DNA of 64,000 bases from Hormiphora californensis (taxonomy: Eukaryota > Animalia > Ctenophora): NCBI GenBank assembly GCA_020137815.1, contig CM035360.1, forward strand, positions 5,890,001 to 5,954,000, read 5' to 3'. Shown piece after piece: positions 1-13,198 of this stretch. The notes beneath the pieces were generated by a model that saw only the letters and a program-made list of their open reading frames with translations, was not told the DNA's origin and did not search any database. The translations under genes and the position numbers were made by a program. Within the stretch, counting starts at the first letter, position 1. The number at the start of each line of letters is the position of its first letter.

Positions 1-309
1 AAGTATTCCGATTCCTCCACCTCCTCTGTCTCCTCTGGGGCATGAGAAAATGTCCCATCCATTATCTCTGATTTCTTGAAGTTTTCCAGTGTCCGTTGAT
101 TTCAAAAATGTCTCCTGTATAAGACAAATATCACAATCCTCCTCTTCCAGATGCGAAATAACACCTCCAGTTTTGTTAATAAGAGAGCGGACATTTAGTG
201 TCCCAATCTTCCAAGTCTTTTCCTGTGTAGTTCCTCCTTGGTCCTCGTCCAGTACAGGTTTTTTTCCTCTTTGCTTACACCTGCAGTCCTCTCCATAAGC
301 CGTGCTCGT
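1..309 (-). mobile_element. LINE ORF2 N-terminus (apurinic-like endonuclease), continues beyond the window
   Basis: Manual translation in the -1 frame relative to ORF1 gives KTWKIGTLNVRSLINKTGGVISHLEEEDCDICLIQETFLK...SCPRGDRGGGGIGIL, with the APE motifs NVRSL, DI.LIQET and RGGG. Missing from the ORF track because it has no upstream start codon. Confidence 0.9.
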
Positions 310-1360
310 TCATTGATGTAGGAAGGGCACCACATACTTGAAGCCGTATGGGTCTTCGAATACTTCTTGTCCTCTCTTGATCCTCCAACTTCACAGTTCA
401 CACATTTCATCCTACCAGTCTCGTTGTTCTTCTTTGCTCTACAGTCTTTCGTCTGATGCGATCCAGCACAGAAGCAGCATATTGGAGTATCCTTTTGGGG
501 GCAGTAAATCGATCCTGCTATATGCCCAAATCCTTGACAGTGAAAACACTGTATCACATGATACCTGTTCTTGACAAAGTGTTGCCGAAGACCCAAGTTG
601 ATCTTATCCCCGTTAGTAGACAAAAGCCTCCGGATCTCTGGAGCCATCTGGATCACTGCATACCTGTCTCTTTCGCTCACAAACACCACCTTCAACTTCT
701 TGTCCTCATGATAAAGTTTTCTGATATCCACATTCTTGTCCAAAATCGCTGCCAGGATAGTCTCCTTTTTCAGTAGGTCTGGGTCCAAATCATTTATAGT
801 TACCTTTGGTTCAAGCTTCTTGGCCTCCTCTGAGAAAAATGACATGGAACAGTCCTGTGCAAGTGGAGTCAAAACTTTCTCTGCTTCCTTCATCTGGTCT
901 TCATCAGGGAAATACAGCCGGGTATGGTCACTGTTCACTCTGGATCTCACCACCGGTATCGTCTTCAACGCAGTTTCCACTTTGGGTTTGACCTCATCAG
1001 TCCACTTCTTCGCACAGAATCCTGGCCCTCCTTCCTCATTGATGCCAGTTTTAATATTCACATAGTGTTTCATCGTAGGTGTAACCGGTTCCTCTGGATC
1101 ACCACCACCAATATCACTTCTACTATTCTCCATAGGTTTGACCAAAGCAGAGATAGTGGAAACCAGATCCTTGTGCAGCTTTGCAAACGACTCTTTCAGA
1201 TCAGTCTGGTCTCCAGGAACAGAAAACGGTGCCGACGCCGGAAGCATGTTGTAACAGGCTTTGAGAAGATGCCACAACTGAGGTTTATGGACAGACGACG
1301 GACAAACAGTGTCACCCCTCCCAAGGCACACTAACAAATCACTACCCTTATAATCATTAC
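195..1360 (-). mobile_element. LINE (non-LTR retrotransposon) ORF1, gag-like with three CCHC zinc knuckles; 5' end cut by a MITE
   Basis: ORF 195..1337 contains CFHCQGFGHIAGSIYC, CCFCAGSHQTKDC and CVNC...HTASSMWC. The frame stays open upstream to the MITE boundary at about 1361, so the listed TTG is probably not the true start. Confidence 0.9.
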
Positions 1361-1362
1361 TA

Positions 1363-2040
1363 ACTTGACCAAAATTTCAGACCTCTAGCTCAAAATTCAT
1401 TTTTTTGATCGGAATGAACATTGTCATTCATTCCAGGAAAAAATATTTTCCGGTTCAACATTTAACCAATTATGTTTGGCTATCGATTAGCTTTCCAATG
1501 TGACCAAGATCAGCTAAATTGGACAACCACAGGAGACACAGTGTCATGTTTCTTAAAGTTAGTCAGGTCATGTGATCTTCACTGAATCGTTGATCGTGTT
1601 CAGTATTACGAATTGGTCTAAGTGGTAGAGAATCACGTATCACATCTGCTAATGAGGGATGACGATGCTGATTGGTCATGAGATCTGTAGCTCTTTGATA
1701 AATGTCCTCTTTCCTCGAATCACATCACCCTGTATTGGTACACATACCCAATTAGCGGCCATGATACGAGATTCCTTTGCCCATTGGCCCGATTAGCAAT
1801 CCCGGAAACTCAACGATTCGGTGAAGATCACATGACCCGACTAACTTAAAGCAACATGACACTGTGTCTCTTGTGTTTGTCCAATTTAGCTGATCTTGGT
1901 CCCATTGGAAAGCAAATCGATAGCCAAACATAATTAGTTAAATTTTGGACCGGAAAATATTTTTTCCTGGAATGAATGACAATGTTCATTCCGATCAAAA
2001 AAATGAATTTTGAGCTAGAGGTCTGAAATTTTGACCAAGT
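1363..2040. mobile_element. Fold-back MITE with about 230-bp inverted arms, flanked by TA
   Basis: 1361-1593 is the reverse complement of about 1810-2042. TA at 1361-62 and 2041-42. Confidence 0.85.
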
Positions 2041-2535
2041 TATTTATTTGTCTCATAGAGTTACTGTACCAAATTTTAGCGCTCCACGATATCTGGAACT
2101 ATGGTAGACTTGGGGGGGCATTTTTATTGCCCCTGCACACGGTATAACTTTTGAAGGTGTGTTTTGTGCTCTTCACCGCCAACTGTAACAATATTTCCAC
2201 ACGGACTTTAGAACTTTGGAAAGTTGGATTGGACATGACTGCAGCTCTGTTGAATTGGCAAGCACCATGATTTGATCAGTGATATATGGTGCTTTCTCAC
2301 GCTCTCTCCCAGCTATTCACGTGTTTTGTTGCCATGGCAACGGACGGATGCAGCTCAGGGAGGAGGGGGGTGTAGAGCTTGAGTGGCCCCCCGTTGCTGC
2401 ATGTCAGGGTGCAATGGGAAGGGGGATCACCCTGTCTTGTAACAGCAACATGGATTACTTTATACACACATTAACGTGAGAGGTAGTTCATGTGCTCAAC
2501 AAGGTCATGCATGGTTTTGCTATACAACTGAAATC

Positions 2536-2620
2536 CTGTCAGAGCATTGGCCTGACCATATTCTCATTTCTTTCAAACAAGGAGTGCACAAAACTGTGGT
2601 CAGAGCAATTGGCCTGACAG
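2536..2620 (+). mobile_element. Micro-transposon family CTGTCAG...CTGACAG, two-box form
   Basis: Two GTCAGAGCA(A)TTGGCCTGAC boxes; perfect 8-bp TSD CTGAAATC. Confidence 0.85.
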
Positions 2621-2662
2621 CTGAAATCTCCATAAATGGTTGAAATAAGAAATTAGGATATA

Positions 2663-3958
2663 CTGTGTGTTTTTAAATGACTGAGACTGTTCAAATCGAC
2701 ATAGCGTCAAAAGTTGTGAATATTTTGCTCTGAAATTTTAGGACAAGGTAGATGGCTACCTGCCATTTATTGTACTCGAATTTCAGCAAAATCGGTCGTT
2801 CCTGAATGAACCTGTAGCCCAAAAACCTCCTCTAACTTTGAGCGCTCAGATCTCTGCAACCTGATGAGGTAGAGAGCTCAAACTTTCACAATATGTTGAT
2901 TAGATAAGTTACTAACTTTTGGCTGCTTGGTTTGGCGATATCTTTTTTAGTTCCTTCGCAGGAACACGGCAAAGTGGTGTAGGTCGGCCTAATTGGGAGC
3001 ATTTTTGCACTCAGGTATCACGTATCACGTGTCTTACTGGGGGTAATCAGCCCCAAGCAATGTGTTACACCGATTCTGTAATTGGTTCTGAGTGTGGCAA
3101 AGTGTGGCGCTTCGTCAGTAGACGTGATCATAGTGTCTGAAATCGTTGACAGGGTCACGTGACTAGCTGTGGTGCTGAGTGTGGTAGAGCGTGGCGCTTC
3201 GTCATGACAAGAGAGAGAGAGGGAGAGAGAGAAAGAGATAGCGAGAGAAAGAGATAGCGAGAGAAATAGAGAGAAAGGAAGAGAGTCACATCTTCTTCGT
3301 CATGACGAGAGAGTTATACTCAGCAGATAGAGAGAGCGAATCGGTGACACTAGACGTTGTTATCATGTCGAGATGTTCCACATCTAATCACGTGACCTTG
3401 TAACAAGAAAGAGAGAGAGACAGCAGAATGTAAAGGAAGAGAAATAGAAAAGTTCGTCTAGATTTCAGCTTGTGACCGATTTCGGACACTATGAACATTG
3501 AACACGTCTGCTGACGAAGCGCGACACTTTACCACACTCAGCACCAATTACTGTAACACATGGCTGAGGGCTGATTACCCCCAGTAAGACACGTGATACG
3601 TGATACCTGAGTGCAAAAATGCTCCCAATTAGGCCGACTTACACCACTTTGCCGTGTTCCTGCGAAGGAACTAAAAAAGATATCGCCAAACCAAGCAGCC
3701 AAAAGTTAGTAACTTATCTAATCAACATATTGTGAAAGTTTGAGCTCTCTACCTCATCAGGTTGCAGAGATCTGACCGCTCAAAGTTAAAGGAGGTTTTC
3801 GGGCTACAGGTTCATTCAGGAACGACCGATTTTGCTGAAATTCGAGTACAATAAATGGCAGGTAGCCATCTACCTTGACCTAAAATTTCAGAGCAAAATA
3901 TTTACAACTTTTGACGCTATGTCGATTTGAACAGTCTCAGTCATTTAAAAACACACAG
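2663..3958. mobile_element. Tc1/mariner-type non-autonomous element with about 400-bp TIRs and TA TSD
   Basis: TA|CTGTGTGTTTTTAAATGACT...AGTCATTTAAAAACACACAG|TA. Arms 2663-3069 and 3552-3958 are near-identical inverted repeats around a GA-rich spacer. Confidence 0.9.
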
Positions 3959-4416
3959 TATGTCTGCATGAAGTGCCGGCAACAGGTGTAGAGTTAATTT
4001 TAGAAAAATACTCAAAACATGTTAAAGAGTAATTATAGAGAGGGAAGAGTTGAACAATGAACATGATCTTCTCTCGAATTTATAAATCATCAGATATAGG
4101 AAATACATAATCACATAATCGCCTTGAAAACTGGCCGTGTTTGAAGTGCAAACATATTTATACTGGTATGATCCTTATTAGTATTATACTTGGTAGCGTT
4201 AGACAAGCGTTAGACGAGCGCTTTACAAGAAGAGACTTGATCTGAAGAAGTTGACATCACGTTCTACAATTATAATGAGGGAAAGCATCGTGTTTCTAGG
4301 TTCGTTGATATTCGTGGCTATTGGTTGGGCGAGCTCAAGTTTGGCTAATCGCTAATAGGTGGAAGACGATCAGACATGGATATCATTTTTTTAAATTGAG
4401 CTAGCACATGTAAGAC

Positions 4417-4442
4417 CTGTCAGGCTAATGCTCTGACCACAG
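4417..4442 (-). mobile_element. Micro-transposon, 26-bp form
   Basis: CTGTCAGGCTAATGCTCTGACCACAG flanked by a perfect TSD TGTAAGAC. Confidence 0.8.
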
Positions 4443-6390
4443 TGTAAGACACTCATATTACTATTATTTACATATTACTATTATTACAGTTGGCAAGAGC
4501 CAAGCTTCCAAGAGGGGGAAGCTCTTTTGCTCGATCACAAAGCCATATATATAATAAGTGTTGCCCAACATTGCTGTCTATTTTGCTCTCACTAGCGGCA
4601 CACAAACTTCGATGTGACCAACTACATCAAGTTAAATTTGACTCAGGAAATAATGACACTAATTAAAGAAACTAAAGGTGCAGAGTTTATAAAACAAAAC
4701 CATGGTTTATATATGGACCTCGTTAAAAGACACCTTTTGATGTGCCTGAGTTATCATTTGGGACAAAAGCCGGCGAAGATCAATGGTAGCTTTCATTTGG
4801 CTAGACTTAAAGATAAAGCTCGATATATCTCAGCCCCATGTAGGTATACAATACCAGTACTCAAATGATCCTACTAGCCCCTTGCCCCATGTATTGAATA
4901 CAGGCGATGCGTTCGTGAACCCCCTCATTGCTCATTACTCATTGCTCATTACTTAATTGCCTTAAAACTGCTGTTGGTTTTCGTGCCTCATTTAGCGTGC
5001 CCGCAAGGTAGGGGTAGTTTCGTTACCAACACCGCACCATGGTTCAGATGAGGAATATGGACGCCGCACCGTTTGATGTGCCTAAATTATTCTTTGCCTT
5101 GCTCGATCATATCTGAGATATTACCAATCTCACCGCCCTCTATGTTGTAAAGGAGGGTTAGAAGATTAAAAAATGATCCTTTGACCTTTGGTTCCTAATA
5201 ATAAATATCCCTTGTGATATCACATGAGGCTAAAAACGATTGGAACCATCACATGAGGCTAAGAACTTAATAAGGAGTTTACGAACACCTTGGTATTCAA
5301 TTGGTGCCATTGCCACCTATTCTCGTTTCGCGAGTATGTGTGAGATCTCGATCTCAGTCGTGCATGACTTCGTTCTCACAGATGTGTCCATGTCACCTCG
5401 GTATTCAATATAATACTGACACATTCATTATCTCTCTACAGATCAGAGTTTTATCCAAATCAGGATATCGCCAATATCATTAGTCGGGGATTTGTAAATG
5501 AGCATATGTTTAATTATAGATCTCACGTGTATACATGGGGAGAGTTGGTGGAGGGATATTTTGAAGACCCTAACAAGCACCTACAATAATTCTAGCATGC
5601 ACTTGACCTAGCACAGCTGTTATTATTCCCTCCCATCTCTCCAAATCCTAGGATCCCTCTTCCCCATCAAGCTGTCTCTCTCTCCCTCTCTCCCTCTCTC
5701 ACTGTCTCTCTACATCTCCCTCCCTCTCTCCCTCTTCACCCCTTCTCTCCTAAGCTCCTCACTATGGTCCGTTTATAAATCCATTGTACTATTACACATA
5801 AAAGTCAGTTATGGAGAAACTACAGCTGTGTGGCTATGTGGCATGCAAGGGACACACATCATGGAAGCACTCGCATTACTGCATCACATAATCACTGCTA
5901 AATTATCTTGCATCATTACACAATTAAAGTTTTATAATTGGACAATCAAAATGCCAAACCTATATCGTGAGCACCAATCAATTACCATCATTATAGAATT
6001 CATGGCACCTCCAGATATACTGATATATAGAAACTAACAATTGGAAACCAACGTCTGCATGCGAATCATAACGTCACTCAGTTTTAAAAGATATATGAAA
6101 ACAAGCTCTAAACAAGCCCTACTACTACAACAGACTGCACATGTAGACACATGTAAAGTACTGGTGAGACTTGAGAGAGCGATGACGTAAGAGCTATGTG
6201 AAGTCAATATCAAGTGATCTATCCCTGGTGATATACAACAAAACACAACATCTAGGTGATCTACATATTTAGGCTAACAGCCCTAGCTTACATCTAACAA
6301 ACCTAGTTTACATCTGATCGGAATGGCGAGCTATAACTCAGCTGGTCTAAGAAACTGGAGAATCATGATGCAAGTGCATTATCATAGGTA

Positions 6391-6598
6391 GGGTATTGAC
6401 TGGCTATTTGAAATGGCGGCTTATAATTTGAAACACCCTCTCTACAGGCCAGCAGGTGCACCAGATTGGGATTTTTAGAAGTTATAAGCGGGCTTGGCAT
6501 GAGTTCTGACTAGCCCAATGATGTCTAAAAATCCAAATCTGGTGCACCTGCTGTTTTGTTTCAAATAAGCCGCCATTTCAAATAGCCAGTCACTACCC
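6391..6598. mobile_element. Palindromic MITE-like element
   Basis: GGGTATTGACTGGCTATTTGAAATGGCGGCTTAT at the left pairs with ATAAGCCGCCATTTCAAATAGCCAGTCACTACCC at the right. Inner arms CAGCAGGTGCACCAGATT. No clear TSD. Confidence 0.7.
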
Positions 6599-7681
6599 AA
6601 CACAGCCAACTAAAAATCACATCAGTCATGTTTTGAATTCCAGGAATCGCGGATATACATTGAATGTGCATCTCTCCATTTTTTACATCTCACCAATTGT
6701 CATCTGGCATGCTCTGCGGTTTCGTTGTGGTAAAAACCCTGGGTATCTGTGGGTCTGCAGAGATGCCTATTTAAGAAAAGTTCATCCCCTTCTTTCATCT
6801 CCCATCTTTGTCTGTATACAACCCCCAAAATCTTTACCCCTCAGGTTTGAAGAACTCGGCAGGACGCGAGGTCTAAGTCAAAGCATGAGTCATGCTATGA
6901 CATCAACGATTGAAAGTGGAGGTCGGGACCAATACCTGGTCTAAGCGGCATATTTCCCGCTAAGTAGTAAGTGCAAACTTTTCAAACTTTTTACAATTTG
7001 TCAAACTGTCAAACCATTTTTCAAGTAGGAGGAGCACTTTACCCCCCCCCCCCCCCCCTGCAGTGTATCTGTCAAACTCTAATTTAGCTGTCACAAATCA
7101 CTTTCCCCGTCAAGCTCTCTCCCTTTTTTCTATCACTTTCCCCCATCAAGCTCTTTTTTCATGTTTCCCCCCGGCTCTCTCCCCCTCCCCGGCAGCAGCA
7201 CCATCCCACCTCAGTCACTTAGAGTTTTGTCGTGCATGCAATGACGCTCCATGATCACGTGACATCTCGGGATCACGTGACAGCACGCACAAAGTTCGTT
7301 AGACTATACGATCACGTCCCCAGTTCAGTTCTACTGATTGTTGTTTGACATGAGTTTGAGTAACAAAGCCCTTGCGTTCAGCATTCAAAGTCTGCTTAGT
7401 GCGGGGTATGGGGAGCCGAGGGTGCCCCTTCGACGAGACTTCCTGCATGGACGACACCCCTCGTGTTCAACTGAGTCAACTGGATCAATCAGTCCTGATA
7501 ATAGAGGTGGGTGGCAACATAGTTTGACATAGCGCTGGAAAGCGCTCGTGGCCCATTTTCTATAAATTATTTCTCAATATCCCCCGTCGAGCGCCTACGG
7601 ATTTATAGATGGACCCGCCGGACAAAGGGTTGGGATACGACTACGAAATAAGATAGACAGAAGCTGTAGAAGCACTCCACA

Positions 7682-7704
7682 CTGTCAGAGCATTGGCCTG
7701 ACAG
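7682..7704 (+). mobile_element. Micro-transposon, minimal 23-bp single-box form
   Basis: ACTCCACA|CTGTCAGAGCATTGGCCTGACAG|ACTCCACA. Confidence 0.85.
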
Positions 7705-8291
7705 ACTCCACACAACTGCCGACAATGACACATGAAATACAGCTACCGAACAATTGATCTGTCAGAGAATTCCTAGACAATAGAATTATTTAATTGCCTG
7801 CGGTATTCGTCAAGACAGTTATAATTAGCATTAATTAGAAGTCGAGCATTGAACTTTAGTATTTAATTGACAGGTAAGAAATAAGAATATAACAAGGGAC
7901 CTGGGATCATCTACATAGCATCTGTTTATGTCTATGTAAAATGTGTCTACTTATATAAGCACACACTGTATGTGGGGGCGATTATAATAATCGGCTCCTA
8001 AGCTCTGCTACTTTTTGTCACGTGATGTTCACGTGCACTCTTCCCCACATTATATATTCCTTCTTGTACTAGACCACGTTATTAGTCAACTTATCTGATC
8101 TATAAAACATTTTCTTTATACTGGTACTTCGATAAATGGTAATGCTCCTACCCAAACAATTGAGTTATTTATGAGAGTGACACTGTATCTTAACAACCTG
8201 CCTTGCACTTCCCTGAGACCTCCCGGGGACGTCCCCAGGAACATCCAGTAGGGAAATTGTAATAGATGAACCCCCCCAATAAGTCATTTAC

Positions 8292-8524
8292 CTGTCAGGC
8301 CAATGCCCTGATCGCGGTTCTCGCGGGCTCCGCAATGAAAATAGGTTCAGGCCAATGCTCTTACAGTAATTTACTGCCTAAAAGTGACGATATTTTGACA
8401 CAAGGTCTTCTACCGGGGACGTACCGGGAGATCTCCGGGAGGTGCCCGAGGTGCACTGTCAGAGCATTGGCCTGACCCATTCTCGTTTCGCGCGAGAACT
8501 GTGGTCAGAGCATTGGTCTGACAG
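8292..8524. mobile_element. Two micro-transposon copies (8292-8366 minus, 8456-8524 plus)
   Basis: TSDs TCATTTAC/TAATTTAC and GAGGTGCA/GAGGTGCA. Confidence 0.8.
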
Positions 8525-8565
8525 GAGGTGCAAGGGATCAAAGTAAATTTTCAAGCCAAGCCAAG

Positions 8566-8777
<212 letters not shown>

Positions 8778-9670
8778 CAGCAAGCACCCACTAGTTGAGG
8801 TAATCGAGAACAATTGGGGAGGGCGCGATCTGGGGGACTGGGAGAGATCGAATACAGAGTTGCAATGCATGTGAAACGGACCGTTGAAATGGGTACTTGA
8901 AAACGCATGATCTTGGTCTAATGTCAGATCAGGAGGGGTCGGATACAAATTCCTAGATTCCTAAGTGAAAGTGCCATATAGGAGACGAAAAAGAGTGTCT
9001 GTAGATAAAATGATTCGAAAATATTGGAAAGCAAAAAAGGCTGATTTATTTATTGACACCAAACATGCAATTGCCAAGCTGCAGTTCGGGCCCACCACTG
9101 TTGGTTAATGACTTGAACAGTGGATATAGTGTATGGTGTGGAATATAGATCATGGCTACCTACAACTCTCTCCGGTCTGACCACCAACGTAGGAGGTTAC
9201 TGGAGCTGCCACACCCACATGATAGAACTATATAATCGATATTATCAGCACATTGAGCTTAGGGAGATTTAATTGCTTGAAGTGAACAAACTAAATCTGT
9301 CTACTGTATCCTAGACTTGATACAGATCAGATCTTGTTCAAATTGGTTAATGTTTCATGAGGTAGCAACAATTAATAGCCACAATGTGGCTGCCACATTC
9401 AATGTCCACATTCAGATAATTTTAGAAGTTGCTACGGCCGGCCATGATAGAAAATTATAGGATGTGTATAAACTACCAAGGGTGCCATGGGAAGACCTAC
9501 TGTTGTTAGGTATCCCATATTACATGGGGCTCCCCTACTGCTCTAAACGATCGCTTTGTTCAGGGCACATGGTCGCGAAGGGACCAATTGTAAACACTTT
9601 GTTTCTGTTAGACCCCCCCCCCAAATTATGATGTGTATAATAGCACCCATATTGATTTGACATGTTCCTT

Positions 9671-9817
9671 GTCTGTCAGCTCTCACACCGGGCCGAAGGC
9701 CCGGTGCGAGCTTACGCGAGCCCGAAGGGCGAGCGTAAGCGAGGCGCTTAAGTGCCGAGGCGCTTAAGTGCCGAGGCGCTTAAGTGCCGATAGGCGCTTA
9801 AGTGCCGATAGACAGAC
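9671..9817. repeat. Branched hairpin element with cGAAg loops and four 17-19 bp self-complementary repeats
   Basis: Outer stem GTCTGTC/GACAGAC; arm CTCACACCGGGCC-GAA-GGCCCGGTGCGAG; arm GCTTACGC..GCCC-GAA-GGGC..GCGTAAGC; (AGGCGCTTAAGTGCCG)x4. Confidence 0.75.
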
Positions 9818-10195
9818 TGCGTAGCATGGCAAATATTGATACAGTAGTGGCGGTCAGCACGTGCCAAAAGCCGCGTGCCACCCGCAGTTTAGGTTACTGA
9901 CACTCCATCACTTCGCATCGAATAATTTTGTAGATTTCATCGATATCAATAGCAAACTTAGAGGTAATTTTTCTATTGGATGCGAAATGAAGGAGCTATG
10001 ACAATGCACAGAAAGGGTGGCACGTGCTGATCTAAGCGCTCTTACAACGTCTAGACGGTGTAACAACGGTGTCCGTCTAGACACCGTCTAGACGTTGTAT
10101 GCGGCAAATAAAAAATCGCCCTAGTAATATGCACCCCTAATTAACTCATTCCTAATTGTCCCCAATTAGCTCACCCCTAATTAATTATTTTTCAG

Positions 10196-12348
10196 ATCAT
10201 CCCAAAACTCCAGGAGGGGAGCACGACCAAAAGGGATCACCGGAGGATCAGGGGTCAGATGGAAATGGAAAGAAACCGAGAACTATTTTCTCGCGTGACC
10301 AGGTACGTAACTAGATATAAAAGACCTAAAATTGGCGGCAAATGGGCAACTAAAATTAAAATTAATAAGGGAACCCGGCGGAACTGGGTGGGTTTTTACT
10401 TTTTCTGTTTTGATCAACGGTCAACTCATCAGTGTGACACAGCCTTGTCGCACAATAATTGCTTGTCATGTCTGTAGGGCGCGCAGACACCAGACAGAAA
10501 TAATGACCCCTATTTTGGCGCGTGTACACTGTACACAAACCGTGGGAATTTTAAAACAGACTGCGCCCTGCGGGAATTTTAAAACAGTCTCGTTGTTTAC
10601 CCCTGACTCCGCCACTCAGGTACAAAAGTTGGAAGAAGCATACTTGAACAAGCGGTATCTGACGCGACGTGAACGGAAGGACCTCGCTACCTCTGCACAA
10701 CTTTCACACACTCAAGTGAAGATATGGTTTCAAAATAGACGTGCCAAAGCAAAACTGAAGGTGAGTGGTTTGTTTATTTAAGGATTCTAAAGAACTTCAT
10801 CGACATTCATCGACATTCGACTATATATGGAAGTATCATGACTTGTAGAAATGTAGAAGAGCGAGCCTGTCACAGGATTTCTCGGGCCAAATAAAGTACC
10901 CTCGCCCTAGCTAAGTGCTACATACATATATTAATTTATTAAATCACTTGGGGTATGAGCAATTGCTGTTATAAGGCCAGTGCTCTGACCGCGGTTCTCG
11001 CACGCTCCTTATTTGAAAGAAATGAGAATAGGGTCAGGCCAATGTTCTGACAGAGCAATTGAGAATTCTCAGTCTGACACTTACAACAATGAGTATTCAA
11101 AGTGGCTCAAGATTTGTGCGGTTTTAAGACCCTTAAACCAAAAAAGTATAGAGAAATAGAATGTTGGGAGAGAGTATACTCTATAGAGACTGCGAGGGAT
11201 TTCTCTTTTTTCTATTCTAGGCACTTTAACAATATGCTTTCTTGTATACAGCTCTCCTTTTCCGACAACTGTCAGAATCGAAAACCGGTCCAATATCCGG
11301 TTTTCTATTCTGCAGTTGTCGGAAAAGGAGAGCTGTATACAAGAAAGTGGAAAGCCTATAGTTCAAGTGGCAAGAATAGAAAAAAGGAGAAATCCAGCTC
11401 TGTGCCTAGTATTTGGACCTCATACACGGTCAACCACTACGATCGGATGTAGTTGCAAACAGACGAATAACAGAGGTGATAAATCAAAATGCCCGATACA
11501 TCAGTATGCGTTGGTCCCCTTTGCTTTTACTCAGAACTGAAGAAGGCCGGTCTGGTACAAACTAGGTACTGTGAAACTAAGAGAAACGACTACAAATGAC
11601 TTGTAGAAACTTAAAGAAGGGCTCTCTCTCTCTCTCTCTGCAGTTTGGCAAAAGACAATGAGATACATACAATGAGATATGCACTGAATCAGATAGTTCT
11701 ATGAGGTGCAGCTCAGCCACTAAGAGAGTTGTGTACAAAATAACCCTTACTGTGCTGATAGCTGAGGCACCACTTGTTGAGTAAAGGGTCATCACGCTGG
11801 TCCTTTGTTGCTCCTTTCAGTTTCAGTGGAGCATCTGTCAGAGCATTGGCCTGAGCCTCATTTGACCCTCATTTGGAGCTTGCGAGAACTGTGGTCAGAG
11901 CATTGGCCTGATAGTGGGGCGTCGCACTGGCATTGACATTGACAGCTAAACACGGAGATCCTGGGTCCCTGTCTCGCGGTGCCAGACCCTGATTTGTGCA
12001 CTCATGATGGGGTTGGCAGCGCCAGACAGCTGGGTCCCAACATTTATACATTTCCCACCATAACACTAACGCCCAACTTCTACCTCTTTCTACCAATTTC
12101 CCTATCCAATTTAAAACTCAATTTCTATCTCTTTCCAGGACCGAAAAGCGATTGCTCTAATGCAGAATGCGATAACATCACAGCGGCATTTTCTCAGACT
12201 TCCCACCACCGTCCTTCCTCCTCTCTCCTCGGCCCACCTGCTCCCTCCCAGACCAGTGCACAACATCATAGCGCCAATACCGACCCGTCTGCCTGCTATT
12301 CCTCGACCCGAGGCACTGCGTGTTACCGGCAACTGGTACGGACTTTGA
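10196..12348 (+). CDS. ANTP-class (NKL-like) homeobox transcription factor; exons 10196-10302, 10620-10760, 12139-12348; first coding exon uncertain (candidate 8865-8892)
   Basis: Spliced homeodomain GKKPRTIFSRDQ|VQKLEEAYLNKRYLTRRERKDLATSAQLSHTQVKIWFQNRRAKAKLK|D, with Q50 and WFQNRR. AG/GT junctions are in phase; Pro-rich tail ends GNWYGL*. Confidence 0.9.
10966..11914. mobile_element. Intronic insertions in the homeobox gene: micro-transposons 10966-11053 and 11835-11914, plus a palindromic MITE at about 11197-11395
   Basis: TSD AGCAATTG on both sides of 10966-11053. Near-perfect stem of about 50 bp at 11237-11346. Confidence 0.75.
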
Positions 12349-13198
12349 TATGTGTTAATTTAGATAGGACATGATTTATATGTAACATGTGTATTATATA
12401 AGAAGCGTGTATGTACCAGGTGTTTTTTAATTAAGCAAAGTGTGGGCTATTTGGCGGCGCCAGACCCCATTTGATTCTCAAAGACCCCATTTGATTCTCA
12501 AAGACCCCATTTGATTCTCAAATGGCCTAGCGGCGCCAGACATGGAGTGCGGGCCTTTGTGCGACTTATGACAGTGTATTAACTTTTGACGAAAAATCTG
12601 ATCTATACATTCTGACCCATTATGCGATAAATATCACTGAGACTCGTTTAGAAGCATATTGTGCATGTGCCGCTTTGACAAACAATTTATCGAGATATCA
12701 GAATATAAATTTGATTTATTGAACTGTGCGCTAAACACGCCAATATATTTGTAAATTGTGACCATTATTATGACCGGGTACTGAGCGTAAAAAACTGTAG
12801 ATAAATTATATGACTGACCATTAGTACTCTTTAACTCTTGACTATATATATCTCTGCATGATGTGTATGTGTGTAAATGTTTTATTTCATGTGTTTTTTA
12901 CAGATAAAATGTTGTTTCTAATTTGTGCTCCACTGCTATAACAGCCGTGTATTGATAATAATTCACTCGAAGCGTTAAAGATTCTTTGCCTTTCTCTCTT
13001 TAACCTTCAGAGAGAACCTTTAACAAGATAACGACAACAATTTGAAGGATGTCAGTAGTAAGAAAACATTGTTAAGATACGACAGTTATAACGTCTGATT
13101 AAGCGAAAATACCTAACCTAACTTCCCTCTCACTCCGGTCTCAATCAGAAATCTCATTTCCCTGATTCCCAACACAGCTCCTGAATCGCATTCAACTG

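Noticed and set aside
338-1334. Plus-strand ORFs over the LINE, and minus-strand ORFs over the Penelope and Ig genes
   Set aside because: Antisense shadows of real coding sequence with no recognisable motifs.
2536-2620. Repeat-spacer-repeat pattern resembling a mini CRISPR array
   Set aside because: Only two repeats per locus, spacers are homologous between loci, copies are dispersed with TSDs, and there are no cas genes in this eukaryotic DNA.
4614-4868. 84-aa ORF and other isolated short ORFs (e.g. 23251..23700, 50710..51030)
   Set aside because: No recognisable domain, and no phase-consistent splice chain was found by eye.
10332-10619. N-terminal part of ORF 10332..10781 as part of the homeobox protein
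   Set aside because: Intronic: the true N-terminal arm KPRTIFSRDQ lies in exon 10196-10302, and an AG acceptor sits at 10618-10619.
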